Assembly: GCA_000004695.1 (NCBI GenBank) | Contig: CM000152.2 | Span: forward strand, 3,936,001-4,000,000 | Origin: Dictyostelium discoideum | Taxonomy: Eukaryota | Length of the DNA: 64,000 nucleotides | Reading direction: 5' to 3' | Part shown: positions 51,521 to 64,000 of the stretch, piece after piece | Layout of the letters: every line of letters starts with the position of its first letter | How positions within the stretch are numbered: position 1 is the first letter of the stretch | Position numbers and translations under genes: made by a program | Notes under the pieces: model-generated | The model's database searches: none | The model's input: the letters and a program-made list of their open reading frames with translations, nothing else | What the model was told of the DNA's origin: nothing

Positions 51521-54500
51521 TCATCATCATCAATCACCTAATTTTGAAATTTATGAACCATCTATTCAACAAACTAAATTAACTTCAATCATTTCAAAAT
51601 TAATCATTGATAAAACTAGATATCTCTCAAAGAAAAATGGTCATAAAGATGTAAAATTGGAACAAATTGAACTTCCAATTTTAAAATTCATTCAATCATT
51701 ATCAAGTTTAAAACCAAAATTAACTTCAGAAAGAGATTCAAGTGAATATGCTACAATCGTTAATTTATGTAATAGTTTAACAACATTATCAATTGAAGGA
51801 CCACAACAATGTTTAACTTCAATTACTGATGGTTTTGTAAATGGTATAATTTATCAACAATTAATAGATTATGATTCAGAAGAAAATCAACAACAACAAG
51901 AAGAAGAAGAAGAAGAGGAAAAAGAAGATGAAGATGATGGTATTGAAATGAAAACCAATAAATTTAAATCATTATTAAAATTATTAAGTATTGAAATTAA
52001 AGAAAATAATATAAATGATAAAATAAATTGTATTGTATTTGTTGAAACCAGAGATACTGGTAAAAAATTATTAAATCTATTAATTAGTGAGAAGGAAATC
52101 TCAAAATTAAATCCAAAATTAATCTATGGTCATAATGGTAGAAATGGTATGAAACATAGTGAACAACAACAAATCATTCAACAATTTAAAGAAGGTGTTT
52201 GTCAAGTATTGGTATCAACAAATGTATTAGAGGAAGGTATAGATATTAAAGAATGTAATTCTGTAATTTGTTTTGATAATCTTTATAGTTTAAAATCATT
52301 AATTCAACGTCGTGGTAGAGATAGAACTTGTTCATCATTTACATTAATTCTTGAACAAGATCAACGTTTAAGATTAGAGGATTTAATTAAAAGTGAAATC
52401 ATTATAAATAGATCATTAATTGATATAATGACTGATAGAATGAGACAAAAAGAATTATCTACTTCATCATCTTCAACATCTTCATCTTCATCATCATCGT
52501 CAAATAATTCAATTTCAATGGTTTCTTCTTTATCATCTTCATCATTATCACCTTCTTTATCAACATCATCAAGTGGAGTTGTAACAGATGAAGAAAATAG
52601 TATTTATGATTATCAAACTTTTTTCTTACCAATTTTCCATATTAAAGAGAATGAATATGAATCATTCAAAGAGTATTGTTTTAAATATAATATAAAATGT
52701 TCAAAAGAAGCTGCTGATATAGATGATGATAGTGATGATGATGATGAAAATGATAGTGACAGTGATAGTGATAGTGACGGTGACAGTGACAGTGATAATA
52801 ATAGTAACAGTGATAATAATAGTGATCGTGATGAAGCAATTAAATTAAAGAATGGACCATTAGTAATTTGTTCAATTGAAAAGAAAGGTAATGAATTTCA
52901 TGAACCTTATTTATCTAAATTCTTATTGTTAAATATTAAAGTTGATTCAACAGAAAAAGATACACTTATCAACAAGTTTACAATTTATTTATCAAAGAGA
53001 TTTGGATATTGGATAAATTATAGTCATTATATTGATGCAATAGAATTAGATAATGAACAAGAGATTAACAATACCTTTGAATTGGTTAAAGAGACCTCTA
53101 GACCATCAGAGGCAAAAACTAAATTTGAATTTGGTAATATTTTAAATTCACCACCATTACAATTCAATAAAGTCGATCATTTCAATTCTAATATCGAATC
53201 AATTATCATTAGAAAAGATCATATAGTATTTAAGAGTGTTCAAAATAGTAGTGGTAATATTTATTATCTTCATCATATGTCATGTCGTGATGTTGAACAA
53301 TATTGTCTATACACTCCCCCAACTTTAATTAGAACGGGTAGTTCAAAGTTAACAAACTCTTATGACTTTTATTTCTTGGTTATTAGACCTATAACATTGG
53401 TTAGAGTAAAATATGATTGTAAATCAAAGAGAACCTTTACAGATGAAATAGAAATTGAAAATAAAAATTTTGGTAGATCTTTTGTTTATAAATTCACAAT
53501 TAATTTAAATTTTGAAAAAGTTAATAGATTACTATCACAATTAAAATATATTGGTTTTGATTTATATTTATTTAGAAATGTTAATAATAATGAAAATAAT
53601 AATAATAATAATAATAACAATACTAATAAAAATATTAATAGTAATAATATTATTATTAATAATAATAATAATAATAATGGTAATAATATAAATAATATTA
53701 ATAATGGTAATGAATTAAATTTTCAAAATATTAATAATGAAGAAATTTATTACTTAATTAATTCATTAAATTCAGAAAGATCCTTTGGTAGAATTATAAA
53801 TCAAGATTTTGTAAATCAAATTATTGATTTATTAAAATCAAATAGAATTGAAGAAGCAAGATATATTATTGGTGTTGCATCAACAAAGAAAACAAAATTC
53901 TTTGATTATTCAAAATTATTTAAAAAAGTAATTTCTTTAAATGGTAATTTTAATAATATTGATAGTGGTGATATTAATGATAATAATAATGGAAATTATA
54001 ATATTATTGAAGAATTATATAAAGATAAACCAATACAATCAAATAATGGTTGGGTATTAATTAATGAAATATTTGTAACACCATCAAGAATTGTATTAAA
54101 ACCACCAAGATTAACATTGGGTAATAGAATTTTACGTAAATTTTCACCAGAGAAATTCATTTTATTCAATTTTACAGATGAAAATTTAGAACCATTTAGA
54201 GGTTTAAATAAAAGTTCACCATTAACAAAAACAATTGAAAGAATCTTTAATAATGGTATTGAAATCATTCAAGGATCTGGTAAGAAATACTTTTTCATTG
54301 GTTGTTCTCAATCTCAAGTTAGAAATTATTCAGCATGGTTTGTATTGGAAGATAAAGTTACCAATGAAAAATCGGCATTAAATTGGAGTGGTATAAAATA
54401 TGAATCACTTCAAATGATAAAAGTATTTAGAAATCTTTGTTTATTATTTTCCACCACTTTAAAATCTCAAGTTATCTATAAAATTGAAATGATACCTGAT

Positions 54501-56586
54501 ATTATCTCAAAGGAAGGTCATAATTTTACAGAAGGTTGTGGTTTCATTGGTTCTAAATTAGTGGAATTAATTAATCAACAAAATAATTACAACTCAAGTA
54601 CTTGTGCCTATCAAATTAGACTTGGTGGTTCAAAAGGTGTTTTAGTATTAAATGAAAATATAGATGAAATGTCACTTCAAATTAGACCAAGTATGAGTAA
54701 ATTCGAATTGGATTACAAAAGTGGTCAATTAGATGAAGAACATAAAACATTGGAAATCGTATCGGCATCAACTACAAGTAGATGTAAACTCAATAGACAA
54801 GCCATTACATTATTATCGAATGCAGGTGTTGAAGATTCAACTTTTCTTCAAATGTTAGAGGTGGAGTTAAATCAAAACGCTCAAACATTGGTTGATGTTA
54901 ATCTTTCAAAAGAACTTTTAGGTGATTTCTTTCAACATATTACAGAATATGAACTATTCAATGATTACTATATTAGAAGTATTCTTTTAAAACTTTATAA
55001 ATCAAAGTTAATTAAAATTCAAGATAAATGTTGGATCGAAGTAAAAGAGAGTAGAAATCTATTGGGTGTTTGTGATACATCTGGTACTTTACCAGAAGAT
55101 ACTGTCTATATTGAAGTTGAAGAATTAGATCCAATCGATAATTTAATGAAACCAAAGGTTATAATTGGTAGAGTCGCAGTTTTAAAGAATCCATGTCATC
55201 ATCCTGGTGATGTTAGATTCTTGAAAGCAATTGATCATCCACCACTCAATGGTAAAAGAAATGTATTATTCTTTTCAACAAATGGTATGGTACCAAATTT
55301 CAAACAATGTTCAGGATCAGATTTAGATGGTGATAGATATTTCGTAATTTATGATCAAACTTTAATTAGAGAAGATTTAATAACTCATGAACCTTATTTA
55401 GGTGAAGAACAAACTGTAAATCCACTCATTGGTGAAGAAGATAGTGATGATGATCAATATGAAAATGATGATAATGATATTACCATTCCAACTTCAACAA
55501 CTACAAAATCAACCAATAACACTCCCACTAAACTATCGGATATTTATTTAAAAAATGTTGATAAATCAAAATTAGGTACAATTTCAAATACACATTTAGC
55601 CATCTCTGATATTGAAAAAGTTTCAAGTATAAACTCAATAAAAGTTGCAATTCAATGTGCAATCGAAGTTGACTCTGTAAAAACCTCTGTTCATGGTATA
55701 ATTCCACGTGATGTAAAATCAATACTCAAAGAGAAAGGTTATCCTCACTTTATGAAAATTAAAAATGGTTCCACTTTTGAATATAAAGGTGGCAATCAAA
55801 GAAAATATTATATCAGTGATCGTGTTATTGGTAAAATCTATGATTCTGCAGAGAATTTATTATGGTTTGGTGACTTCTTACCAGAGGCAAAAGTCGATGA
55901 ATCTTTATTGGTCCAAGGATACAAAGAGTATCTAAACCATGAAAACTTTACAACCTATATGGATTATAAATCTAAAATCAATTCAATACTTAGAAGATTT
56001 GGTGCTCAAAGTGAAGAAGATCTTTTAATTGGTTTTATGGATCCACAATTTAGTGAAAAATTATCAATTGAAGCTAAAGCTCATTTCAAATCAAACTATA
56101 ATTCAATTCAAAAACTTTTCTATCATAATTTCTTAAATGAATTTAGAAAGAAATCAAATAATAATAATAATAATAATAATAATTTATCAATGTTACAAAT
56201 TGAAGAAGAGGAAGAATTAATCAATGAAAACTATACAGAAATTGAAAAGAAAGTTTGTGCTTGGTATTTCATCTCTTATTCAGATCCTGAAAATGATAAA
56301 ACTTTAGGTTTCTATAGATCAGTTAAAGGTTTATTAAAAACTACTGAAATTAATAATTTTGAAACTCAAAAACATAATGATAAAAAACCTTTAAATTTAA
56401 GTATTCTATCTTTTGCTAAAGAAATGAAAGATACATTACTTTTTGGTTATCAAGAAAAACTTTTAATATTTGATGAAATTAAAGAAATCTTAAATGATCA
56501 TTTATTGGAAAATCAACTAAATGATCATTTCATTTTTAATTTATTATTTTCTGGTCAACAACAAAATAATAATCATCAACAAGAAG

Positions 56587-56623
<37 letters not shown>

Positions 56624-57698
56624 GCAACAACAAGAAGAAGAAGATGTAGAACAATCTAATATACCAAGTTTTTATTTATATCTACAACCTTTAGAGAATG
56701 AAATAGAAAATGAAAAACTTTTATTGGTATTAAAAGAAAAGTTGGAATCATCATTCTCAAATAATCTCTTTGAAATTATTAAAATTACATCAACTATATT
56801 AGAATTTGAATTCAAAAAAATTAAGTTTATCATTGATTTCAATTCAAATAGTTGGTATCAATCAAAAGTAATTTCTTTATATATAACTAAACATCCATCT
56901 TTAGTACCAACTTTATTAGTTATAATTGAACATATTAAAAATATATCATTACTATTAAATTCAAATAAAAATACAACAACAACAACAACAACAACAACAA
57001 CTTCAACTACTACAACAACAACAACAATAAGTTATAATAATAATAATAATATTAAAGAAAAAATTGAAAATTTTTCAATTTCACCAATTGGTTTAGTTAT
57101 TTTATTTATTAGATATGCAATTGAAAATGGTTTAATTAAGGAATTTGAAGAAAGTGATATCGAATTTGAATTATCAAATAATAATAATAATATTTATAGC
57201 TATGAAGATTTAAAAGATTTATTAAAAATAGAATGTGAAGTTGGTCAAAGTGATAATCTTCTTGGTTTCTATAGATATTACTCTGAGATTTTCCTTTTGG
57301 GTGTTTATAGTAAAAAAGAATCATTCAAATTGAAATCTTTTGGAAAATCAAGCATTGGTGTCGATAATGAAGTAACCATTACAAATGATCCTCAGCAACT
57401 TTCATTATTAAGCTCTCAATTTAAATTTGCATACAATGGAATTTGTGCAACAGTAAATGTTCATAAATTCTTGGATAGTTGTTTAATCATATCAAAGAGA
57501 TCCATTTTAATACAAATTGGTGTCGATCAAATTGATAATCTTATAAAGAATCAATTGGCCATAAGAGAATCAATCGAACTTTTAAATGTTTCCATTCAAT
57601 TCATTTATAATTCACCAAAATCTTGCACCATTGACATAAATGGTTTACCAAATCGATTAACAAAAGCTCGTGATAAAATTAGAGAGTTTCTCAAATAA
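50737..57698 (+). CDS. RNA-dependent RNA polymerase with N-terminal DExH helicase domain (rrp family, ~2285 aa; exons 50737..50863, 50968..57698)
   Basis: Exon 1 MSNYNNNNNNIPILKNNVKPRQYQEDAFNQCISRNTILVLPTG|GTATGT. Exon 2 (G)TGKTLVSI... completes Walker A (PTGTGKT). Helicase motifs II FDEVHNATG, V VLVSTNVLEEGIDIKECNSVICFD, VI QRRGRDR. Eukaryotic RdRP catalytic block VLKNPCHHPGDVRFLKAIDHPPLNGKRNVLFFSTNG...CSGSDLDGDRYFVIYDQ (DLDGD at ~55319-55333). Which paralog (rrpA/rrpB/rrpC-dosA) cannot be told from sequence alone. Confidence 0.9.
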
Positions 57699-57885
57699 AT
57701 AAATATAAAATATATAATAATTGTTGTTTATTTCCTTTAATTGATAATTAATAGTTTTATTTATGAATTTTAATTAAGATGTAAATTAGTTATTCTTTTT
57801 CAATCATAGATATCTATCTTATCTAAAAATTGAGACGATTGTTTGAGAATTGAACCCTTATACTGATTTGAAACTTAAATAAAAA

Positions 57886-57958
57886 TGGAGAAGAAGGGTA
57901 TCGATCCCTTTACCTCTCGCATGCTAAGCGAGCGCTCTACCATCTGAGCTACATCCCC
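57886..57958 (-). tRNA. tRNA-Ala (anticodon AGC)
   Basis: Reverse complement GGGGATGTAGCTCAGATGGTAGAGCGCTCGCTTAGCATGCGAGAGGTAAAGGGATCGATACCCTTCTTCTCCA folds as a cloverleaf with G3:U70 and A73 (Ala identity elements), anticodon loop CTTAGCATG, D-loop GG18/19. Followed by a T-run terminator. One acceptor mismatch (T6:T67) and A54 in the T-loop, so it may be a variant or weakly degenerate copy. Confidence 0.8.
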
Positions 57959-58226
57959 TTTGATGATTTTTAAATTTATGACAACAAAAATTTATATAAA
58001 ATTATTTCACAATTGATTGTTCACAATCCTAAATAATTAGTTTTTAATTTTAAAATTTAAAATTATTTCGGAAACTCACACAAAATAAAATAACTAAAAA
58101 AAATTCAAATTTTAATTTTTTTATTTATAAATTTTATCCAAAACGATTATAATTTCTCATATTTCCGTTTCTTCGTTTTTTTTTTTTTTAATTTCTCATA
58201 ATTTCATTGCTTCGTTTTTTTAAAAA

Positions 58227-59458
58227 ATGAAAAAAGCTAATAATAAACAAATAGCTCAAACTAATAAACTTGTAAAATATGACTCTTTCAGATCTAATGA
58301 TAGGAATTTAATTTTATCAAACTTAAATAAATTAAATGATTGGATAAATAATAGTAAATTTTAACCACCAAAAATAAAATAAAAAAAAAAAAATATCATT
58401 AATAATAATAAATATTTACTAACAAATTTAAAAATAGAAAGTAATTTTAAAGAAATTGAAGAAACAGGTATATTTAAAGCTTTAAGTGAGCTAATTGATC
58501 AATATAATGAAAATCAAGAAAATCAAGTTGAAAATAATGAATTTACAGAAATTATAATATTATTAGTTAAATTTTTAAAGAATTTATCAGTTAAAGAAAC
58601 GGAAACAAATGAAATTTTGAGATCATTAGATTATATTCACAGATTAGAATTGATTTTAAATAATAGTTATGATAGTGATTTATTAAATGATTCTTCAACA
58701 ACAATTGAATGTTTACGTAAATGTGCACCTTATAGTGTTAGAAAAGTGGGTGTTGGAGAATATAGTGAACAAACTGGTCAATTCCAATGGATGATTGAAA
58801 TGAAACAATTACATTTTGATGAAGTATTTGTAGGTTGGAGAGTATGGGAAGCTGGTATTGGATTTGGTAAATGGGTTTTAGAGAATAAACAAATTTTCCA
58901 AGGTAAAGAAGTTTTAGAACTTGGTTCAGGTTTAGGTGTCGCTGGTTTTATGGCTGGTTTAATTTGTAAATCTGTTTTAATGACTGATTATACTCCAAAG
59001 GTAAATAACTCTAATTAATATTTTAAAATCTAAAAACTAATTAATAATTAAAATATTTATAATTTTATTATTATTCATAGCTTGTATCAGCATTAAAAGA
59101 TAATTTAAAAATAAATTCTAGAATTCCAGAAATTAAAAAAGCATGTACTGTTCAAGCATTAGATTGGGTTAATGATAAAGCACCAAAACCATTTCACTAT
59201 GATATTGTAATTGGAAGTGAAGTTATTTATGATGAAAAGATTGTTGATCATTTAGCAAATATTATTCATCAAAGTCTAACACCTAATGGTATATTTTATA
59301 GTACAGCTGCAACTGTTAGAAGAGGTATTCCTGAATTTATTCATTCAATGAAATCTCGTGGTTACACTGTTAATTGTACTGAATTTCCAAAAAGATTTAT
59401 GCCTGATACAAAATTTGATACTCACTTTTTTGAAATTTATAGAAATAAAAATAAATAA
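58227..59458 (+). CDS. protein-lysine N-methyltransferase, METTL21/CaM-KMT-like (3 exons: 58227..58353, 58438..59000, 59081..59458; ~355 aa)
   Basis: Donors GTAAAT x2; acceptors AAAATAG|AA and TCATAG|CTT; phases 1 and 0. Core VWEAGIGFGKWVLENKQIFQGKEVLELGSGLGVAGFMAGLICKSVLMTDY and ...ALDWVNDKAPKPFHYDIVIGSEVIYDEK... fit the seven-beta-strand lysine methyltransferase family. Confidence 0.75.
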
Positions 59459-59609
59459 ATAATTTAATACCCTAAGGATACAAAATTAAAAAGAAAATAT
59501 TTTTTTTTTATTTTTTTTTATCAAACAATTTTTTTTTTTTTTTATTTTTTTACCAATAAATCTAAAAATAAAAATTAAATTTTATTATGAAAAAAATAAG
59601 ATTATATTG

Positions 59610-60800
59610 CAATAATACCCCCTTTACCATTTTCTTATTTTGAATATTTTCCAGATTTGGAAATTTTTTTATGGCCATTGGATTTTACTACAAATAGTAA
59701 AAATCCCTTTTTTAATTTCAAAAAATTGAAAAATGATCGAGTATAAATTGAAAAAAAAAAAAAATAATCATTTATACAAATGTAAAAAAAAAAATAACAA
59801 ATAGAAAATAAATCTAACTCTAACAATTAAAAATGGTTCAGATAAAGTTGGCTGATAGTATAAAATATAAAAAAAAAAAAAGGGAATTACTTTAAAAAAA
59901 AATATATAACAATTTAAATCTAACTTTAATATTCTTTTTTATAAAGTAATTTTATCAAATAAAAATGGTTTCCATCAATAATGACCTAGATAATATAATA
60001 TATGAATCAATACCAATCAAATGATAGAGAAAGGAAAGATTTATCTATGCACTATATCATAAAGAATCATCATATTAATATTATTTCTAAACAAATAAAA
60101 TGAATCAATTCAAATCAAATGTCAGAGAAAGGAAAGATTTATCTATGCACTATGGCATTTTGAAAAGAAGATGATATCATTTATAAATAAATAATTAGAA
60201 ATCAAAAAACTAAAAATAAATTAAAAACTAAAAATAAATATTAAAAGGTTTAATAAAATATTTTTTTTTTCATTATTGTTTAAAATATTAATTTAATTTA
60301 TTTAAAAAAACTATTTCTTTTTAATTCTATTATTAATAAAAAATTAAAATTATTCAAATGGTTGGTTTTTATGTTTTTCAAAATAAAATTAAAATTGTAA
60401 GTTGGTAATTATTATTTTTAGGTTAAAAATTAAAATTAATTGAAATGGGGGTATTGTTATATATGATGGGTTTAGTTTTTATTTATTTCATAAATTATTT
60501 AATAATTTAATAAAAAATTGTGTGATGTGGTATATCTGAATAAAAACAAATTTGTTTATCAATTAGAAATTTCAATTTTATATAATTTTATCCGTTTTTG
60601 TATAATCTGTCAAAAATGAATATTACAAAATAAATAAAATAACATAACAAAGTATTTTGTTTTATTTGAATTTTGTGGTAACCTTTTAGACTTTGTTATT
60701 TGTAAAAAATTGGTTAATTTACAAATAAGAATAATAAGAATAATTAAAAAAAAAAAAAAAATAATAAAAAAAGTGATTTGATTTAATATTCTTAAAAAAA
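59610..60800 (+). repeat. ~1.15-kb direct repeat, copy A (functional hssA copy-5 upstream region)
   Basis: Aligns at ~85-90% identity with 61995..63200 in the same orientation (...CCCCTTTACCATTTTCTTATTTTGAATATTTCCAGATTTGGAAATT... to ...AAAAAATTGGTTAATTTACAA..GATTTGATTTAA). Contains the type-A hssA promoter blocks in its 3' third. Confidence 0.8.
60016..60055 (+). repeat. 40-bp conserved motif ATCAAATG[AT][TC]AGAGAAAGGAAAGATTTATCTATGCACTAT; four copies (60016..60055, 60114..60153, 62435..62474, 62540..62579)
   Basis: Two copies ~100 bp apart inside each 1.15-kb repeat. Copies are near-identical while surrounding sequence is more diverged. Confidence 0.7.
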
Positions 60801-60912
60801 AAAAAAAGTATAAATTAAAAGTTTTTTTTTTTTTATTATTCATTATACCAATTATTTATAATACAAAATACAAAATAAATCAAATCAAATCAAATCAAAA
60901 TAAAATAAAAAA

Positions 60913-61278
60913 ATGACACTCTTTTGTAAGTATTTAAAAAATTTTATTTACCTTTTTTTTTTAAAAAAAAATAATTTAAAAACTCATTAAATTAATAAAT
61001 TATTAGCATCGATCTCATCATTGTCAAGTTCAATGACAAGTTCAAGATCTATTTTCGCTTCATTTGGTAGTGGAACAATTATGGGTTCAAATTCTATTTC
61101 ATGTACTGTCGGTAGTGGTAGTTGTGGTAGTGGTAGTGGAGGTTGTGGTGATTTAACTGGTGGAGCTAAATCAAGTGGTGGTAGTTGTGGAGGAAAAGGT
61201 GGATCACACAATCATGGCCATGGTCATGGACCACATGGTCAAGGTGGTAAAGGTTCAGGAGGTTCATGTAGTTGTTAA
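60913..61278 (+). CDS. hssA/2C/7E-family protein, dispersed copy 5 (exons 60913..60925, 61007..61278)
   Basis: ATGACACTCTTTT|GTAAGT micro-exon; acceptor ATTAG|CATCGATCTCATC. Product [52 protein letters not shown]...GSCSC*. The ORF-track start at 61021 is a TTG. Confidence 0.7.
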
Positions 61279-61600
61279 TATTTACACATATATATATTTT
61301 AAATATTACTTCAATTGTAATAATAAATTATTTAAAATAAAAATCGCACCTATTTTAATTTTATTTAAAAATAATTTATTTTTATTTTTATAGTAAATTT
61401 AAAAAAAGGACTATTTCGCACCATTAAATCTTTTGTTTATTTGTGAATATTAAATTATTTTAATCCTGTTTTAAATAATTATTAACCTCTGCCTTTACTT
61501 CAATCCTTTCACCAGTAGTACTCTAAAGATTTACAACGGAATTTGCACCTTGATACCGAAAATTTTTTTTTTTTTTTTTTATTTATTAATTCATTTGTTG

Positions 61601-61706
<106 letters not shown>

Positions 61707-61994
61707 AATTTTTCAAAATTTAAAAAAAAAAAAAAAAAAAAAAACTTTTTCATTTTAAAATAATAAAAATATAAAATAAATTTTGAATTTTTTTTATTTG
61801 TTATTTTTATTATTATTTCTCAATCAAATAATTAAAAAAAAAAAAAAAATACTCTTTAAATTAATAATTATTAATAAAAAAAGAATTTTTTTTTCCCACA
61901 ATCAAACATGTTTGAACTATAATTTTTTTTTTTAACAATAAATCTTAAAATAAAAATAAAGTTTTAGTGCTTTTCTAAAGAAATAGATATCTTT

Positions 61995-63150
61995 TTATTG
62001 TAATAACACCCCTTTTACCATTTTCTTATTTTGGATATTTCCAGATTTGGAAATTTTCTTTTTGGCTATTGGATTTTACTTAAAATAGTAAATTATTTTT
62101 TTTAATTTCAAATAATTTAAAAAATTGAAAAATGATCGAGTATAAATAGAAAGTTTTTTGAAAAAAAAAAAAATAATAACCATTTATACAAATGTAAAAA
62201 AAAAAATAACAAATAGAAAATAAATGTAACTCTAACAATTAAAAAGGTTTAGATAATAGTTGATTGATAGTTTAAAATATAAAAAAAAGGTAAAGCCATA
62301 AAAAAAAAAAATAATAAATAACAATTTAAATCTAACTTTAATTATATATATATATATTATAGAGTAATTTTATCAAATAAAAATGGAAAAAATTCAATTA
62401 TAATCAAGATAATATAATTTATGAATCAATACCAATCAAATGATAGAGAAAGGAAAGATTTATCTATGCACTATATCATAATGAAAGGTTGATCATCATA
62501 TTAATATTTATTCTTACCTTATAAAATGAATCAATTCAAATCAAATGTCAGAGAAAGGAAAGATTTATCTATGCACTATGGCATTTTGAAAAGAAGATTA
62601 TATCATTTATAAATAAATAATTAGAGATCAAAAAACTAAAAATAAATTAAAAAACTAAAAATAAAATTAAAAGGTTTAATAAAATATGTTTTTTTTTCAT
62701 TATTGTCTAAATTATCAATTAAATTAATTTAAAAAAACCATTTCTTTTTAATTCTATTATTAATAAAAAATTAAAATTATACAAATCGTTTATTTTTATG
62801 TTTTTCAAAATAAGTTGGTCATTTTTTATTATTTTTGGGTTAATTGAAATGGATGTATTGTTATATATTCGATGGGTTTATTTTTTATTATTTCATTACC
62901 ACCATAAATTATTTTAATTATTTAATAATTAATAAAAAATTGTAAAATGTGGTATGTCTAAATAAAAACTAATTTTTTTATCAATTAGAAATTTCAATTT
63001 TATGTATTTTTATCCGTTTTTGTATAAACTGTCAAAAACGAATATTTACAAAATATATAAAATAACAAAACCAAGTATTTTGTCGTTTGAATTTTGTGGT
63101 ACCTTTTTGACTTTGCCTTTTTTAAAAAATTGGTTAATTTACAATAAGAA

Positions 63151-63191
<41 letters not shown>

Positions 63192-63200
63192 TTGATTTAA
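61995..63200 (+). repeat. ~1.15-kb direct repeat, copy B (orphan hssA upstream region, no hssA gene following)
   Basis: See copy A. After copy B the sequence runs directly into the 3' end of the minus-strand WD40 gene at 63282. Confidence 0.8.
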
Positions 63201-63281
63201 AGTTAATCTTTTTTTTTCATTAAACGATTTTTAAAATAAATTTATTTATTATTTAATTTTTTTATCTTTTTTTTTTTTTTT

Positions 63282-64000
63282 TTATTCCTCTTGTTTTTTT
63301 GATTCTTTTTCTTCTAATTCTTTTTGAATTTCTTTATCACCCTCAATTGTCATTTTTCTAAGTTTTAATGGTCTACTATCTTGAATAGTTTCTTGATTTT
63401 TATTTTTATTATTGTTATTAATATCAGTAGTATCATCAATATCTTGTTCATCTAAACTTAAATCATCATCTTCTTTATTTTTATTATCAGTACTATTCAT
63501 CATTTGTTTTGAATAAGAAACATGTTTTCTGTATTGTTTCTTTTCAATTGATTCTAAAACTGATTTTAATTCAGCTGGTTTTAAAGTGGTTGAAGCATCA
63601 ACAGAATTGATTGCAATAACTACTTTATTATCAGATTGTTGAGATAAAGTTGTTGAATCGAAAGCAATTGCAACATCGACCTCTTTTGTAGTTGGTAATA
63701 AAGATGCTAAAATGGTTTTACCATTATCAATTAAATCGATTGAAATTGGTGATGATTGAGTGAGTGGAATTGTTTTAAGTTCTGATTGATTGAATTCACC
63801 CTTTTCAACATTCATTGGTAAAATGTAAATATTATTTGAATTTTCAATTGAAAATATTAATTGATTGGTGGTGGTGGTTGCATCGACTTTGAAGACAACT
63901 TGTGGAATTGTAATTGCATTTTCATGCTTACTATTGAAATCTACAGTTTGTAAACATTTACCTTGTTTCCAATTCCATAATTTAATTGTACCATCACCAG
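63282..64000 (-). CDS. WD40-repeat protein, C-terminal part (5' end lies beyond the window)
   Basis: The minus-strand frame is open from the window edge through the track ORF: ...GDGTIKLWNWKQGKCLQTVDFNSKHENAITIPQVVFKVDATTTTNQLIFSIENSNNIYILPMNVEKGEFNQSELKTIPL...KESKKQEE*. GDGTIKLWN is a WD-repeat terminal motif. Acidic/Lys-rich tail. Confidence 0.6.
   Translation of the reverse strand, partial: GDGTIKLWNWKQGKCLQTVDFNSKHENAITIPQVVFKVDATTTTNQLIFSIENSNNIYILPMNVEKGEFNQSELKTIPLTQSSPISIDLIDNGKTILASLLPTTKEVDVAIAFDSTTLSQQSDNKVVIAINSVDASTTLKPAELKSVLESIEKKQYRKHVSYSKQMMNSTDNKNKEDDDLSLDEQDIDDTTDINNNNKNKNQETIQDSRPLKLRKMTIEGDKEIQKELEEKESKKQEE

Noticed and set aside
57959-58226. TRE/DGLT-A retrotransposon insertion next to the tRNA-Ala gene
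   Set aside because: The ~50-bp upstream and ~100-bp downstream target positions contain only short AT-rich spacer, followed directly by cellular genes. No RT/APE-like coding sequence is present.

Overview
This 64 kb window reads as Dictyostelium discoideum-type nuclear DNA, not a prokaryotic locus. It is about 78% A+T, with long homopolymer runs, short GTAAGT...AG introns, and coding (CAA)n/(AAT)n tracts giving polyQ and polyN. The supplied ORF track appears to allow TTG/GTG starts and ignores introns, so I rebuilt the gene models by hand. I support about 28 protein-coding genes plus two RNA genes.

Protein-coding genes I can name with reasonable confidence:
- Five small hssA/2C/7E-type Gly/Ser/Cys-rich genes: a tandem array of four at 0.6-4.3 kb and a fifth at 60.9 kb. 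Each has a 13-nt first exon.
- A phospholipase D gene with four exons and both HKD motifs.
- A Sin3 corepressor gene (PAH1-3 and HID domains, very long polyQ).
- A helicase-RdRP gene of the rrp family (DExH helicase plus the DLDGD RdRP motif).
- A 26S proteasome Rpn5/PSMD12 gene with six exons.
- A Rab3GAP regulatory-subunit-like gene covering only the N-terminal half.
- A DH-domain RhoGEF on the minus strand.
- A LASP-type LIM protein with 31-aa tandem repeats.
- Two tandem SAM-methyltransferase paralogs and a METTL21-like lysine methyltransferase.
- An EEP-fold protein.
- Several small membrane or secreted proteins.
- A partial WD40 gene at the right edge.

RNA genes:
- A tRNA-Ala(AGC) at 57886..57958 on the minus strand, lying convergent with the 3' end of the RdRP gene.
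- A GC-rich non-coding island at about 26.9 kb, preceded at the expected distance by a DUSE-like motif (TCCCATAA) and a TATA-like box. This is my best candidate for an unannotated ncRNA gene.

Other structure:
- Promoter modules about 0.5 kb long, with G-box elements, are conserved across the hssA family.
- A conserved ATTGG-N6-CCAAT element lies in the hssA 3' flanks.
- A pair of direct repeats, each about 1.15 kb, flanks the fifth hssA gene. One repeat is an orphan copy of the hssA upstream region, and a 40-bp motif recurs four times within the pair.

I do not see a multi-gene 'system' in the prokaryotic sense. The first point above and the last three are where I would look for something undescribed.
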